A stretch of 64,000 nucleotides of DNA, taken from the NCBI RefSeq assembly GCF_009914755.1, contig NC_060932.1, one strand, 5' to 3'. The DNA is from the human T2T-CHM13v2.0 reference genome, Homo sapiens. The notes beneath the pieces were generated by a model that was given only the letters and a program-made list of their open reading frames with translations, did no database searches and was not told where the DNA came from. The position numbers were made by a program, and so were the translations under genes. Position 1 is the first letter of the stretch. Every line of letters starts with the position of its first letter. Positions 30,629 to 47,695 of the stretch are shown piece after piece.

Positions 30629-32141
30629 TGAGAGGTGACAGCGTGCTAGCAGCCCTCACAGCCCTCGCTCGCTCTCGGCGCCTCCTCGGCCTTGGCGCTC
30701 ACTCTGGCCGCGCTTGAGGAGCCCTTCAGCCCGCCGCTGCACTGTGGGAGCCCCTTTCTGGGCTGGCCAAGGCCAGAGCCGCCTCCCTCAGCTTGTGGAG
30801 AGGTGTGGAGGGAGAGGCGCCGGCGGGAACCAGGGCTGCACGCGGTGCTTGCGGGCCAGTGTGAGTTCCGGGTGGGCGTGGGCTCAGTGGGCCCTGCACT
30901 CGGAGTGTCCAGCCGGCCCTGCCGGCCCTGGGCAGTGAGGGGCTTAGCACCTGGGCCAGCAGCTGCTGTGCTCGACTTCTCGTTGGCCTTAGCTGCCTCC
31001 TGTGGGGCAGGGCTGGGGACCTGCAGCCTGCCATGTCTGAGCCTCTCCACCGCGGTGGGCTCCTGTGCGGCCCGAGCCTCCCTGACGAGTGCCGCCCCCT
31101 GTTCCACAGCGCCCAGTCCCATCCACTGCCCAAGGGCTGAGGAGTGCCGGTGCAGGGCGCAGGACTGGAAGGCAGCTCCACCTGCAGCCCCGGTGCGGGA
31201 TCCACTGGGTGAAGCCAGCTGGGCTCCTGAGTCTGGTGGGGACTTGAAGAATCTTTATGTCTAGCTAGGGGATTGTAAATACACCAATCAGCACCCTGTG
31301 TCTAGCTCAAGGTTTGTGAATGCACCAATTGGCACTCTGTATCTAGTTACTCTGGTGGGGACTTGGAGAACCTTTATGTCTAGCTAAGGGATTGTAAATA
31401 CACCAATCAGCACTCTGTATCTAGCTCAAGGTTTGTAAACACACCAATCAGCACCCTGTGTCTAGCTCAGGGTTTGTGAATGCACCAATCGACACTCTGT
31501 ATCTGGCTACTCTAGTGGGGACTTGGAGAACCTCTGTGTGGACACTCTGTATCTAGCTAATCTAGTGGGGAAGTGGAGAACCTTTGTGTCTAGCTCAGGG
31601 ATTGTAAACGCACCAATCAGCACCCTGTCAAAACAGACCACAAGTCTCTCTGTAAAATGGACCAATCAGCAGGATGTGGGTGGGGGCCAGATAAGAGAAT
31701 AAAAGCAGGCTGCCAGAGCGAGCAGTGGCAACCTGCTTGGGTTCAGTTCGACGCTGTGAAAGTATTGTTCTTTCGCTCTTTGTGATAAAACTTGCTGCTG
31801 CTTACTCTTTGGGTCCACACTGCCTTTATGAGCTGTAACACTCACTGGGAAAGTCTGCACCTTCACTCCTGAAGCCAGCGAGACCATGAACCCACCAGGA
31901 GAAATGAGCAACTCCAGACGCGCTGCCTTAGGAGCTGTAACACTCACTGCGAAGGTCTGCAGCTTCACTCCTGAGCCAGCGAGACCGCGAACCCACCAGA
32001 AGGAAGAAACTCCGAACACATCCGAACATCAGAAGGAGCAAACTCCAGACACGCCAACTTTAAGAACTGTAACACACCGCGAGGGTATGCGGCTTCATTC
32101 TTGAAGTCAGTGAGACCAAGAACCCACCAATTCCGGATACA
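30629..32141 (+). mobile_element. Solo ERV9 LTR (LTR12C-type), full length
   Basis: TGAGAGGTGACAGCGTGCT start, CCAATTCCGGATACA end, 4-bp TSD GTGG, U3 tandem CACCAATCAGC repeats. Confidence 0.95.
31284..31735 (+). promoter_or_regulatory. LTR12 U3 promoter: seven CCAAT boxes, GATA site, AATAAAA TATA-like box
   Basis: CCAAT at 31284, 31325, 31403, 31444, 31485, 31613, 31662. AGATAA at 31689. AATAAAA at 31698-31704. Confidence 0.7.
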
Positions 32142-32156
32142 GTGGGAACAGGTCAG

Positions 32157-32610
32157 TGAATTTGTCTCCCAGGGCTGCATGACCAAGCACCACAAGCTGG
32201 GCGGCTTAGAACACCAGGAGTTTATTCTCATGGTGCTGGAGGATGGAAGTCTAAAATCCAGGTGTGGGCAGGGCCATGCTCTCTGAAGTCTCCAGGGCAG
32301 GATCCTTCCCTGCCTCTTCCTAGTTTCTGGTGGTTGCCAACCATAGTTGGCCTTCCTTGGCTCCGTAGACACATGACTCCAATCTCTGCCTCCATCCTCA
32401 CCTGGCCTTCTCCTGCGTCTCTCTTTGCAAACTTACCTCTTCTTATAAGGACCCCAGCCACTGGGTTTGGGGCCCACCCTAATCCAGCATGGCCTCTTCT
32501 TAACTGAATGACATCTGCAAAGACCCTGTTTCCCAGTAAGGTCCCATCCACAGGTACTGGGGCTTCAGGCTTGAGCATATCTTTGGGGGGCCGCAATTCC
32601 ACCTACAACA
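32157..32610 (-). mobile_element. MaLR LTR (MLT1C-type)
   Basis: CACCACAAGCTGGGCGGCTTAGAAC...ATCTGCAAAGACCCTGTTTCC. Confidence 0.85.
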
Positions 32611-33174
32611 GTAAAGTCGTGGAAGTTGGGGAGACTTATTCACATTTGGGAAGCTGGTGAGTGCAGGGGCTGGAGACGTAAGTGGGGTGGTCACAGAGGG
32701 TCCCAAAGACCCTGGGACCTGCATCCTGTGTCAGGTGTTTTGCGGGGTGGGGCGTCAGCTAGGAGGCTGGAGAGGTCTTACGGCACTCCACGGCCCCAGG
32801 GTTGAGCCCGGATTGGGGGGCAGCCTTCTTGTGAGACAGTCTCTTGCCTCATCTGCCTTAACCCCTCTGACAGCCCCGGAGCTGGCGATGTTACTGGCTC
32901 CAGGTCACAGAGGAGGAAACCCACGTTCACAAAGTGAAGCAGTCAGCTCCAGGGGGCACAGGTGGTTAGTGGAGAGCTGAGATTTGAGCCCAGCTCCAGC
33001 CGTCCTCACAGCCTGCAGCTGAATTAAACCCTCCTCCCAAGACTGGTTTTGTTACGTTTTGGTTTGTTTTGGAAGAGCTTTATTGAGACAGAATTCATAT
33101 ACTATCCAGTTCACCTATTTAAAGTGTACGTCGATTTTTAGTGTATTCACAGATTTGTGCAACCATCACCATGA

Positions 33175-33569
<395 letters not shown>

Positions 33570-34106
33570 TAACCTCCCAATTCCCCCATCATCCTCAACC
33601 CTAAACAACCATGGATCTATTTTCTGTCTCTATGACTTGCCTTCTCTGGACCATTTCATGTAAATGGAATTATGCAAAGTGTGTGTGCCCTTTGTGTCTG
33701 GCTTCTTTCGCTCGGTGTGTTTTCCCGGTCCCTCCCCTGGAGGCTGCGTAGTGTGTGTCAGTACTTCCTCTCTACTGCTAGAGAATGTTCCATTGTGTGG
33801 ATCCGTTCATGAGTTGACAGGCATTTGGGCTGTTCCCACACTTTGGCTGTTACGAACAATGCTGCTGTGGGCATCTGTGTACGTGTGTGTTGTGTTGACA
33901 TGTTTTTAATTCTTTTAAGCCTGTGTGTGGAATTGCTAGGTCATATGGAAACCCTGCGTTTGACTGAGGAACTTACCAGACTGTTTTCCAAAGGGGCCGT
34001 GCCGTTTCGCATTCCCACCAGCAGGTCCAAGGGTTCCGATTCCTCCATACCCTCTATGATACTTGTCATTGTGTTTTTGAGTAAGCGACCTAGTGGGTGT
34101 GAGCCG

Positions 34107-34467
34107 TGTTATCGACTGAATTGTGTTCCCCAAAATTCATGTGTTGAAGCCGTAGTCCCCAAAGTGACTGTATTTGGAGACAGGGCCTTAAGGGGGTAAT
34201 TAAAGGTAAAGGAGGTCAGGAGAGTGGGGCCCTGATCCGAGAGGACTGGCATCCTTAGAAGAGGAGGAAGAGATGCCAGATTTTTCTCTCTTTCTCTTAT
34301 CATGTGAGGACGTAGTGAGAAGGCAGCTGTCTGTAAGCCTGGAAGAGAGGCTTCGTGAGAAACCAACCCTGATGGGACCTTGATCTCAGGATTGCCAGAC
34401 TCCAGAACAGTAAAGAAATAAATTTCTGTTGTTTCAGCCACCCCGTGGCCTAAACAGACCGAAACAA
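34107..34467 (+). mobile_element. MaLR LTR (MLT1A/B-type) nested in L1
   Basis: TGTTATCGACTGAATTGTGTTCCCCAAAATTCATGTGTTGAAG...AGAAATAAATTTCTGTTGTTT. Confidence 0.88.
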
Positions 34468-34891
34468 GTGGCCTCTCATTTTAGTTTTGGTTGCCTTTCT
34501 CTGATGGCCAATAACGTTGAACGTCTTTTCACGTGCTGTTTGCTGTTTGTGTATCTTCTTTGAAGAGATGAATGTCTTTTTCCATCCTTGGCCCATTTTT
34601 GAATTGGATTATTAGCCTTTTCATTTTTAGGTGGTAAGAGTTCTTTATATGTTCTGGATTCACATCCTTTCTCAGATGCAGGATTTGCAAATATTCTTTC
34701 CCATTCGGTGGTTCATCTTTTCACTTCTTAATGAATCCTCTGAAGAACAATAGTTTTTACTTTTAATGAAAGCCACCTATCTTATCTATTTTTTCCCCTC
34801 TTGTTGCCTGTGCTTTTGATGTCATAGCGAAGAAACCATTCCTAATCCAAGGTCATGATGAATTGTATTTATTTATTTTTACTTAAAAAAA

Positions 34892-35620
<729 letters not shown>

Positions 35621-35725
35621 ACCGGTGATGATCTATTTACTCCTGTATTTTCTTCTAAGAATTTTATAGTTTTAGCTCTTATGTTTAGGTCTTTGATCCA
35701 CATTTAGCTAATTTTTGTATATGAT

Positions 35726-37547
<1,822 letters not shown>

Positions 37548-38539
37548 GTGGTGTAAGGGAGCAGTCCAACTTCATCCATTTATATGTGGATATTTAGCTG
37601 TCCCAGCACCATTTGTTAAAAAGACCATTTCTCCCCACCCCCAACTGAATTGTCTTGACACCCTGTCAAATATCAACTGACCATAAATGTAAGGGCTTAT
37701 TCTAGACTTTCAATTCTATTCCATTCATCTATCTTTACGCTAGTACCACACAATCTTGATTACCATAGCTTTGTAGTATGTTTTGAAATGAAGCAGTGTG
37801 ACTTCTCTAATTTTATTCTTTTTTCAGGATTGTTTTGGTTATTATGGTTCCCTTGTATTTCTGTATGAACTTCAGTTTCAGCTTGTCAATTTCTGCCAAG
37901 ATTGTCAGGGGAGGTTTTGATAGATTTTGACTCCGCAGAATCCATATGTCGATTTCTTGAGTTATTGCCATTGTAACACTAGTAAGCCTTCTGATCCATG
38001 AATGTGGCAAGATTGGCTTTTAATGTGATAACATTTTTTGAGTAGGTAGAAGTTATCTGTCGTGCAGAGTTAAAAAGAGTACAGAAGAGTGACTTGCCCA
38101 GCTTCCTGGGGCCTCCCCAGAGGCAGCCACTGATGTCAGACTCCCAGTGTGTCCAGCGACAGTTTGTACACAGGCAAGCAAGTCCCGTGTGCATTCTCCG
38201 TACTGAGCCCCAGTTGTGCACCTGTGCACAGAGACCGTGCGGGTGGGTGTGCATCCTTCCCCTGACCTGGGTGCGCTTCCTCTAGAGGGCTGGAGCCTGA
38301 AGCTTTTATCTGAAGGACTGATCTTGGACTACCAGATTCTGCTTTGTCTGTACATGCAGAGTCAGAAGTAGCTGGGAATTCAGATCTCCCAGGGCAGCCC
38401 TCAGCCAACCACTAGCAGTGGGGGTAAGGAAAGCCCTGCTGCCACAAGCTCACCCTGCAGAGTCCCCTACAGGGTCAGGCTTAGCTCCCTCCTGAAGCTT
38501 CAGCTGAGACCACGACCTGCTAGGCATCCTCCCCTCCCC

Positions 38540-39100
38540 AGAGAGGCTGGCGGAGAGGCGTATGCAAGGGAGCGGAGGCTGGGACCGGCCCGGCTTCTTC
38601 CCCGGGCCCGCTAGGGGGCGCGCGCCCTCTCCGCGGAGTTCTCTGCTGCTGGGAAGGCGAGCCGGCCCCCGGGACTTCAGAGCCGGAGCCAGGCACTTAG
38701 CTTCCTTCTGGGGACCCTGAGGCACGGGAAGAGAAGGGACCTCCTGCTCGCAGTGTCCCCCTTGCGCTGTCCCTGCTAGTGACAGGAAGCTCTTCTCACC
38801 CCGTTCGTGGGCCCGGCTGTGTCTCCTCCTCGCCTTCACCTGCCGTTGTGACCTGCAGTGCCCTCCCCAGCTTGATCCCTACCTGGAACCCCTCGGTGTC
38901 CTGTCCCAGGCCACGCTGAAGGTGGGCGGTGCGTGCTGCGGGTGACTGGCTGAATGAATGAATGAGCCAACACAGGAATGCCCGTGGACACCACCAGGGG
39001 TCTTTCTGCGAAAGTGCGGTGACACCAGGGGTCCTCCTGCGGCCCCGGGAGGGCCCAGACTCGGCCTGAGGGGCTCAGCACCGGCTCCTCCCATTCCCTT
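38540..39100. promoter_or_regulatory. CpG-rich, GC-rich island-like segment with no adjacent gene seen
   Basis: Dense CG such as CCCGGGCCCGCTAGGGGGCGCGCGCC and CCGCGG. Confidence 0.6.
38605..38623 (+). promoter_or_regulatory. CTCF core motif
   Basis: GGCCCGCTAGGGGGCGCGC, close to consensus CC(A/G)(C/G)YAG(A/G)(G/T)GGC(A/G). Confidence 0.72.
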
Positions 39101-39731
39101 CCTTCCTCCTGACTTGCTGTGGTTCTTTAAGTTTGGTAATTAATGTCATTCTAAGTAAAGGAAAAACAAGCAGTCGAGTCATTCGCATGAATTGTTGGGC
39201 TCATCATTTTACGGTGCGATGCCGTCTTAGGCGCAGAGCGTCTCACTTGTGCACTAACGCGCCACAATGGCACATGGGTAGTGCACAGTTCGTACAGGCA
39301 CGTGTATTTCGATCTTACAGGATAATGGAAAGGCTGCACAAATCTAAACCCACTGTCACCTCTGGGGCTCGTGCATTCTGCCAACACCCCATAGGAGCCC
39401 GGATCTCAGACGTCCCAGGTACGTCAGCCCCACCAGAATTCTGTGCTCATAGGACACGGTGAACGCTGAATGTGGACAGGGCGGCAAGGACCCGGACACT
39501 TGGATTACACAGGTCTCCTCTGCTCACACACCCTGACGCTGTCCCATTGAACTTCACTTACAAAACACGAGTTTAAAGATAAAATCATCTGTTTCACGAT
39601 ATGGCTATGTTAAAAAAGATAAATTATTGATAATTCCATGGTGGTGACAGCAGAACATTAAACCAACGTGGGGCTCTTTGAGTGAAGCTCTGTGTGATGC
39701 CACGTGCTCCAGGTCCGTGACGCTGACCTTG
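39100..39731 (-). mobile_element. MER45B-like hAT-Tip100 DNA transposon
   Basis: TAATGTCATTCTAAGTAAAG, GAATTCTGTGCTCAT, ACTTCACTTACAAAACAC.AGTT.AAAGATAAAAT and CATTAAACCAA match the recalled MER45B reverse complement. Confidence 0.72.
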
Positions 39732-39822
39732 CCAATGTCTGGAGGGAGAAATTAAACATGTGCCTAGGTCGGAGGTGCTGGAACCTCCTGGGGTGGATCC
39801 CAAGGGAGGAATCCGGAGAGTG

Positions 39823-39872
39823 GTGCGATTGTGGGGGTCCCTGACGTGTGCGATTGTGGGGGTCCCTGACGT
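39823..39872. repeat. Perfect 25-bp tandem duplication
   Basis: GTGCGATTGTGGGGGTCCCTGACGT x2. Confidence 0.95.
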
Positions 39873-42214
39873 GCAGATCCAGTGAACGCAGATGTGTTGT
39901 TGGGTGTGAGTGAAAGGCAGCACAGACCTCTTTCAGAGAAGCGGTTGAGTGTCTGGACTTGAAGTGGGACCCTTGCCAGTTCTGCCATTAGCAAGCTGTA
40001 AGGAGGTGACTGAAACTCACACCAGCCACTCACCCATCCTTCATTCTCCGGTTCACCCACCTGCATCTACCTGTCTACCTTTTGATGCATCCATCCAACA
40101 GTTATTTTTTGAAGTCTACTAGAGTCAGACACTGTGGGGACCATGTTGTAAACTAGATCTCTGCCCTAAGTCCCTTCAGTAAGATGAAGATGAGTTATTT
40201 ATCAAGATCATATTTGTGGCCAGGCGCAGTAGAGGAATCTGCCAGAGAAAGTGCAGGTCCCCACGAGGGAGGGTGGGGCTGGGGCCAGAGGGTCCTCTGA
40301 GCATAGCCACTCATCTCAAGGGGCTCAAGGGATGGGCATTACTGATCCCATGTTACAGAGGGGCGAGGTGCCCGCAGCAGGGCCGTGGCGCTCAGTGATG
40401 AGTGGGGTGGGAACCAGCCTTGCCATGTGCAGCCACTGTGGGTTCTGAGATTGGGGGCAGCAAACCAGCATAAGCAGTCTTGCTCAACCCTGTGAGCAGC
40501 AGGGCAGGGAAAGGGAAGGAAAGAGGCCTCCCAGGCACACAGTAGTGTCGAGCCGGCAGCAGCCACTTCTCATAACCACCAGGGGTCTGCGTCAGCACCC
40601 CATTTTACAGGTGGGAAAATGGGGGCTCCAAGAAGTGAAGTGAGCAGCCCGGGCTCTGGAGCCCTCACAGCCTCACGGCCCCGACCCCCACCTCCGTGGC
40701 TGACTCCCCCTGCACAGGGGGCACCCCCACCCCGCCTTCCTTCCTGAATATGATTGATCACCCAGGAACATGACAGCCATGGAGGAACTGAGAAAAGGAA
40801 AGAAAGTCCCAGCCCAGCCCTCGGCACCAGTGGTTCCTGGGCCACGTCCACGTCGCAGCCATGTGTGGATGCCACATTGGTCACTGTGACTGTGAGGGAG
40901 TCACAGGGCTGCTTCTGGCCAAAAGCCCCTTCATGTCCCTGTGGCTACCCTCGCTGTGTGGTTATTTCAAAACATTGAAATAACTTTTTTCTCGTATTAG
41001 AAGTTATATATACTGTAGTTATTACAAAACCATTTAAAAATCAGAAAAAAGAAAAAGTCACCCAGAACCTCCCTGCCACCTGGCAGCATGAGTCCTTCCC
41101 ATCACACCTTCTCATTTGCCCATTTCCTTATTCATTTGGCATGTATGTATCGGGCACCTGCTGTGTGCCAGGCACTGGGGGGCCCTGGGGAACGGCAGTA
41201 GCAAAACAAATCCAAACAGAGACGGAGGGACCTGGGACCTGAGGTTTCATCTATTCACCCCATTCAACAACGCGTCACAGTGTGGCTGTCTACACTGGTA
41301 GTGTCTGCGCTCAACGCAGTGTGCCTCCGGGCACTTCTTCCATGTGTCTTATTTGTCCATGTGTCTCATCAACTCTGTCCAGGCGCAACCCCATATCCTG
41401 TCAGGAGCAGACACCCAGCTGCTAGGGCAAGTCTCAGGCATGGCCACCTGTGAGGTCACAGTCCCTCTGTGGGCCCCAGTGCCCTATCCTGGGGCCTTCC
41501 CATCTTTGCCTGTGCGAGGAGCACCGTTTCTCAAGCCCACTCCTGCCTCTGTGGCCCAGTGCCTCTATAGAACACAGGGCCTGCCTTTTCTGGCAGACAG
41601 CCCCAGTTGTCTGTCCAGCCCCAGCAGGGGTGAATGTGGGGAGAGCAGTCGGCCCTATGGACAAAGCTCCCCTGGACTTTGGAGGGCAGGAGTGACAGGA
41701 CTGAGCCTGTCAGGCCCAGACGGGGTGAAAAGAAGTCAGGAAAGGGGGCGTGAGGTTGTGTGGCAGCAGGAGGTGGGTGGGTGTGTGCTTCACAGCCCGA
41801 CGGCTCCCCATCCCCAGGGCAACTTTCCAAGGGAGGCCTGCAGTCCTTCAGTTCTCAGCTGCAGTGGCAGAGCTGGGATTTGAACGTGTCCCCAGCAATA
41901 CGGTTCCTTCCCCCGGTCCTTCCTCAGAACTCAGTGCATTGCCTGCCACGTTGTCTAGGAGAATGAATGAATGAGCCATCTCTGCATCCATCTGCTTGGT
42001 AAGGCTTCTAGCCGTGTGCACCCTTGTGCGTGCCACCTCCCTTCTCCAGGTCTGGAGTGGGTGGGCGTGGGCACAGGGAGCCTGGTTTCTGTGGCCCTGG
42101 TCACATCACATAATGGAGACACAGAGCCCACCTCAAGTGCCCGGGAGAGCCCCCTCCAGAGAGCAGTATACCCACAAGACTGAAGAAATGGTGACCAACC
42201 TCCCGCAAGGCCCA

Positions 42215-42460
42215 CACAGACACACACACAGATATACACACATAGCCACACATGCACCCTCTCATAGACGCACATATGCATACATGCAGACAGACACACA
42301 TGCACACAACCTACGCATACACACATACAGTACACACATGCTTGCACACAGGTACATGCAGATATACACATGTACACCCATACACATGCACACACACACA
42401 CACACCTGTACACACAGATACATGCACGTACACACACACGTGCGCACAGAGACACATGCG
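42215..42460. repeat. Degenerate (CA)n/(CATA)n low-complexity tract
   Basis: Alternating purine-pyrimidine run. Confidence 0.9.
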
Positions 42461-45248
42461 CTTCTCTCCTGCTACTGCTTTCCTTGTCTGCTCTGCACTC
42501 CCACATCTGATACCCTCTCCATTTCACGTATTTAACATGGACTCTGGCCGCAGACTCCTCAGGTTCACTCTTCTGTGTCTCGGCCTCCCCATCTGCAAGT
42601 GGAGACAGCAATATATCTATGTCATGGGTGCTGTGACAATTAAGTGACATGAACAAAACACTTAGAACAATACCTGGCACTGTGTCAATTTAGCTGTGTT
42701 CTCAATGTCACCTCTCACTTGGTGTCTGACTCCCTCACTAGAATGCCAGCTCCATGAGGCCAGCTTGCCAGCGCGCTCTCTGCCGCCCTCTTCACCCGGA
42801 ACAGTGCCTGACATATAACAGGGGCACAACTGGAATCGGTGAATGGATGAGTGGCTTCTGGCAGCCACTGCACTTGCATTCAGAGTGGCAGGGGCCTAGG
42901 TGCCTCGGGACCCCTCCCCTCCAAAGTAGCAGGAAATCAAACCTGGCTCAGGCCAGAGGGGTGGACAGCTAGGGCCCCGGGCCAGGCCAGGCCCTGGGGA
43001 ACCAGTTTGAGAAGCTCCTCCTCTTCTGGGTACATGTGGGGTGGATGGGCTGGGAGGGTCTGCTCTGCGGCAGGGGGTGCATCCTTCTCTCTTGAAGACA
43101 CTCCAAAGCTGAGCCGCATAGCCTTTGCTCAGGCCTCAATTCTACCCCCTGGCTCCGTGAGTTGCCCAGGCCTCCCTCCCAGATGAGTGCCCTCCCTGGG
43201 GATTAGCCCGACACCTTCTTGCAGCCCCAGGGCCGTGGTGACCTGCCCAGACCAGCCAGGAGCCAGGCTGGGGTCAACTTAGCACTCAGCATGGCTCGTG
43301 ATGGGTGGGTGGTGGGCTGGGCTCAGGCCTCAGAGAATCCCCGGCTCAGACCCCAGCGTCCCCATGTTCTTGCTGGATGACTGGGCAAGTTCCTTGGCTT
43401 CCTGACTAGTCAAACAGAGTGCACCTATTCTTCTGTTCACATGACTTGGGATTTCCAGTTCTGAAAGCATTGATCAGCTCCCGCTCCGTACCCGATGCTG
43501 CACGTGGCTCTAGGGCTGAATGTGATGTGGGTCGTGGCCAGCTTGTTCCTAACTATCCAGCTTATTCTCAGTTCCTCTGGGGCCTCCTCTTGTCCTGGGA
43601 GTCTGTCCTAGTCCAGGCTGTGGGGTTGGCATGGAGCTGGGGCCTCTGACCCTGAGTGTTGACACCTGGTCGGGTGGCCCCAGTTCCGTCTGTCTCTGGG
43701 CGTCACGCCATGCAGGAAATGGCTGTGGGCCCTGTGTCTAACAGACAGGCCCCTGTGGGTCCGCCCAAAGCTGCACACTCTCGGGCCCCTGGGGACATGC
43801 GCTCTGCCACTCTAGATGTGTGTGCCTGGGAGGCTGCCTCGGGCTGGAGTGAAGGTGAAGGAAAGGGCTTTCCAGTCCCCTCTCTCTCAGTTCCCCCAAA
43901 CTTTTCTGAGCTTCTGTCATTCCCACCCCACCCTGGAAAGGGACTTGGCCTAAAGTGAGGTGGGGCCGGCTCTCTGTCTGTCCTCGTATCACCCTCCCTG
44001 TGGGCTTGGGTGGCAGGCAGGGCATGGCCAGAGCCTGGGTTTCTGCTGCTGCCGCCTCGATTTCAGCCCCTCTGTTCTTCGTGAATCGCTCTGCCACCCC
44101 TTTCCCGGGCCACTCACCCCAGATGGGGGAAGGGTTGTGGGTAGCAGGAAGTCCGGGGGAAACCCACAGTGGTTCACATCTCAAGAGCCTCAACCCGCTC
44201 ACAGCAACAGCACTGACCTGACCAGAAGACAAGAGGAAGACGGAGACGAGAGGAAGATGGAGACAAGAAGATAGAGACAAGGGTGTGCCCCCAGGGAGCC
44301 TTGCCTGCCCCTCTAGGGCTGGGTGTGTTCTTACCATGGTGGGAGACCTGGGGGCTCTGGCTGCCCTGTGGATGTTGGATGGGGGTGAGGTAGACCCACA
44401 GACGCAGGCAGTGGTTGGACAATGAGGTGTCTGGCTGCAGGAGCAGCTGGCTGGGGGGCTGGCCTGGGTGTTGGGGGCTGTGGCCTGCTCTGCCGAGAGA
44501 CTAAGCTGCCTTCCCTGAGCCAGGAGCAGCAGGAGGTGACGTCTAGGAACAGTGAGGTCCCAAGTTAGGCAGTGACAAAACATTTGACAAGACTAACATC
44601 TCTTCCCATGAGATGACCCTAGGGAAAGAACAGAATAAATACAAACATCTGTACCTTCAGAAAACTTCCCTAAAACAAAAAGATTTGGAACTACATATTG
44701 AAAGAGTACACCATGTATTTGAGAAGACAGACCCAGGGTAACCAACATCAAAACATGTTCTAGTAAAATTACCAATCTAAAAAAAAAAAAAAAATCCTTG
44801 AGTCCAGGTTAAAAGAGTGAGGGACTTATACTAAAATAAAAATTAGATTGTCGTGCGACTTTTCAACCACAACACGTTCTGCCAGAAGAAAAAGGAGAAA
44901 CATACTGTACTTAAAATACTCGAGAGAAAATGTGAGCCAAGTACTATGCACCCAGCAAAACAGACTTTGGAGTATAAAAGGCACAAACAAAAAGCCCCAA
45001 AGGACTCAGGAAATAATGTTCTCAGGGTCTGAGGGGCCCAAGGAGCCTATCAGAGAATGACCTTCAGGCAACCAATAGAGTCCTCAATGGAAGCACTAGA
45101 TAAGGAACCAAGGCTAAACCAAGGCTGAAAAGGAGAGTATAGTGTCTTGGATAGCGACTACTTGGGGCCAGTGTCACTGGAAGTAAAGGAATTTACCAAG
45201 ACAGTTGTAGGTAAAGAAAGGCAGATTTATTGAAGTATGAAAGGTAGG

Positions 45249-45910
<662 letters not shown>

Positions 45911-46932
45911 GACGTTGCAAGGGTGCAATGGGCAGATCAGCAAGAGAGGAGCTGACTGCCAGGAGACAGAGGCTTGCTGGGGATTTCGCAGGACGGTGCT
46001 CGTGCTGTGTGCTGGAGTGGGCCATGTGAAGTATCGCTAACACCAAGGTTGCAGCGAGCTAACTTGCATTTTTCTATCAGCCAAGGGTCTGGTGATGAGT
46101 CAGGTGTGGGAAGGTTGTGAGTTATTTGTGCAGGAGGGCTATGTGTTCTGGATCAAGAAGAAAGGCAGACTTATAGCTTATCTGAGTTTTTTTTTTTTTG
46201 CCAGCCTCACTCCTTTTCCCTTATTAGGACCATATGTTTTGCGTGTGATGGCTACATTTTCTGACCATGTAGATATAGATGGGATAAGGAAACTGGGTGG
46301 AGAATGGGGAGAGCATATGAGAACAATGTAATTGTTTTCAGTAATGCTGGTAGACTATTAGTAGCAGTAGTGGTGGTTGTCATTAGGATTTTACTATTGT
46401 TATTCTAAGACCATTGAGTGTGTAAAGTGGAAAAGAGCAAATAAACAACTATGAGAGACAGTGTACATTCATTTTCCTGAGAAGCAGAATTCTAAGTGTG
46501 GAAGAAAGGAGATGGCAAATGTAATATAGTAGGGTTTAAGTCAAAACTCTAGTCCTGAATTCTAATTGGAAATATTAGTTTGAACTCATGAGGCCCTTTT
46601 ATGTTTTAAAAAAATGTTGGTATATTTCCTAGCTCTGTCCACTGTAAAGGTCTTAAAGGAAAAAAAAGACCAACCCAGTAGCAATGAGCATCCCTAGAAT
46701 CCACACTGTGGTCTTGAAATACAAACTCCTACAGCAAGAAACCAGGGCTTTTTGGAGCAATGGCTGATTCTAGGTCTGGAGCAGGAAATATGCAAGATGA
46801 GTGGGGCCACCCTGACACATTGCATAGCACGAAACCGTCAAAGCCACCAGGGCCACCTCCAAGGCTTCTGCCGCCAACTTAAGAGGCATCCACTGGGCAA
46901 AGATCAGACCATTTGAGCTTGGAAAAGGATAG

Positions 46933-47695
<763 letters not shown>

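Noticed and set aside
30692-31264. 190-aa ORF
   Set aside because: Lies wholly within the GC-rich U3 of LTR12C
41955-42680. 241-aa Cys/Val-rich ORF
   Set aside because: Translation of the degenerate (TG)n tract
43738-44583. 281-aa ORF
   Set aside because: No recognisable domain. Pro/Ala/Ser-rich composition typical of chance ORFs in GC-rich DNA, with a non-ATG start.
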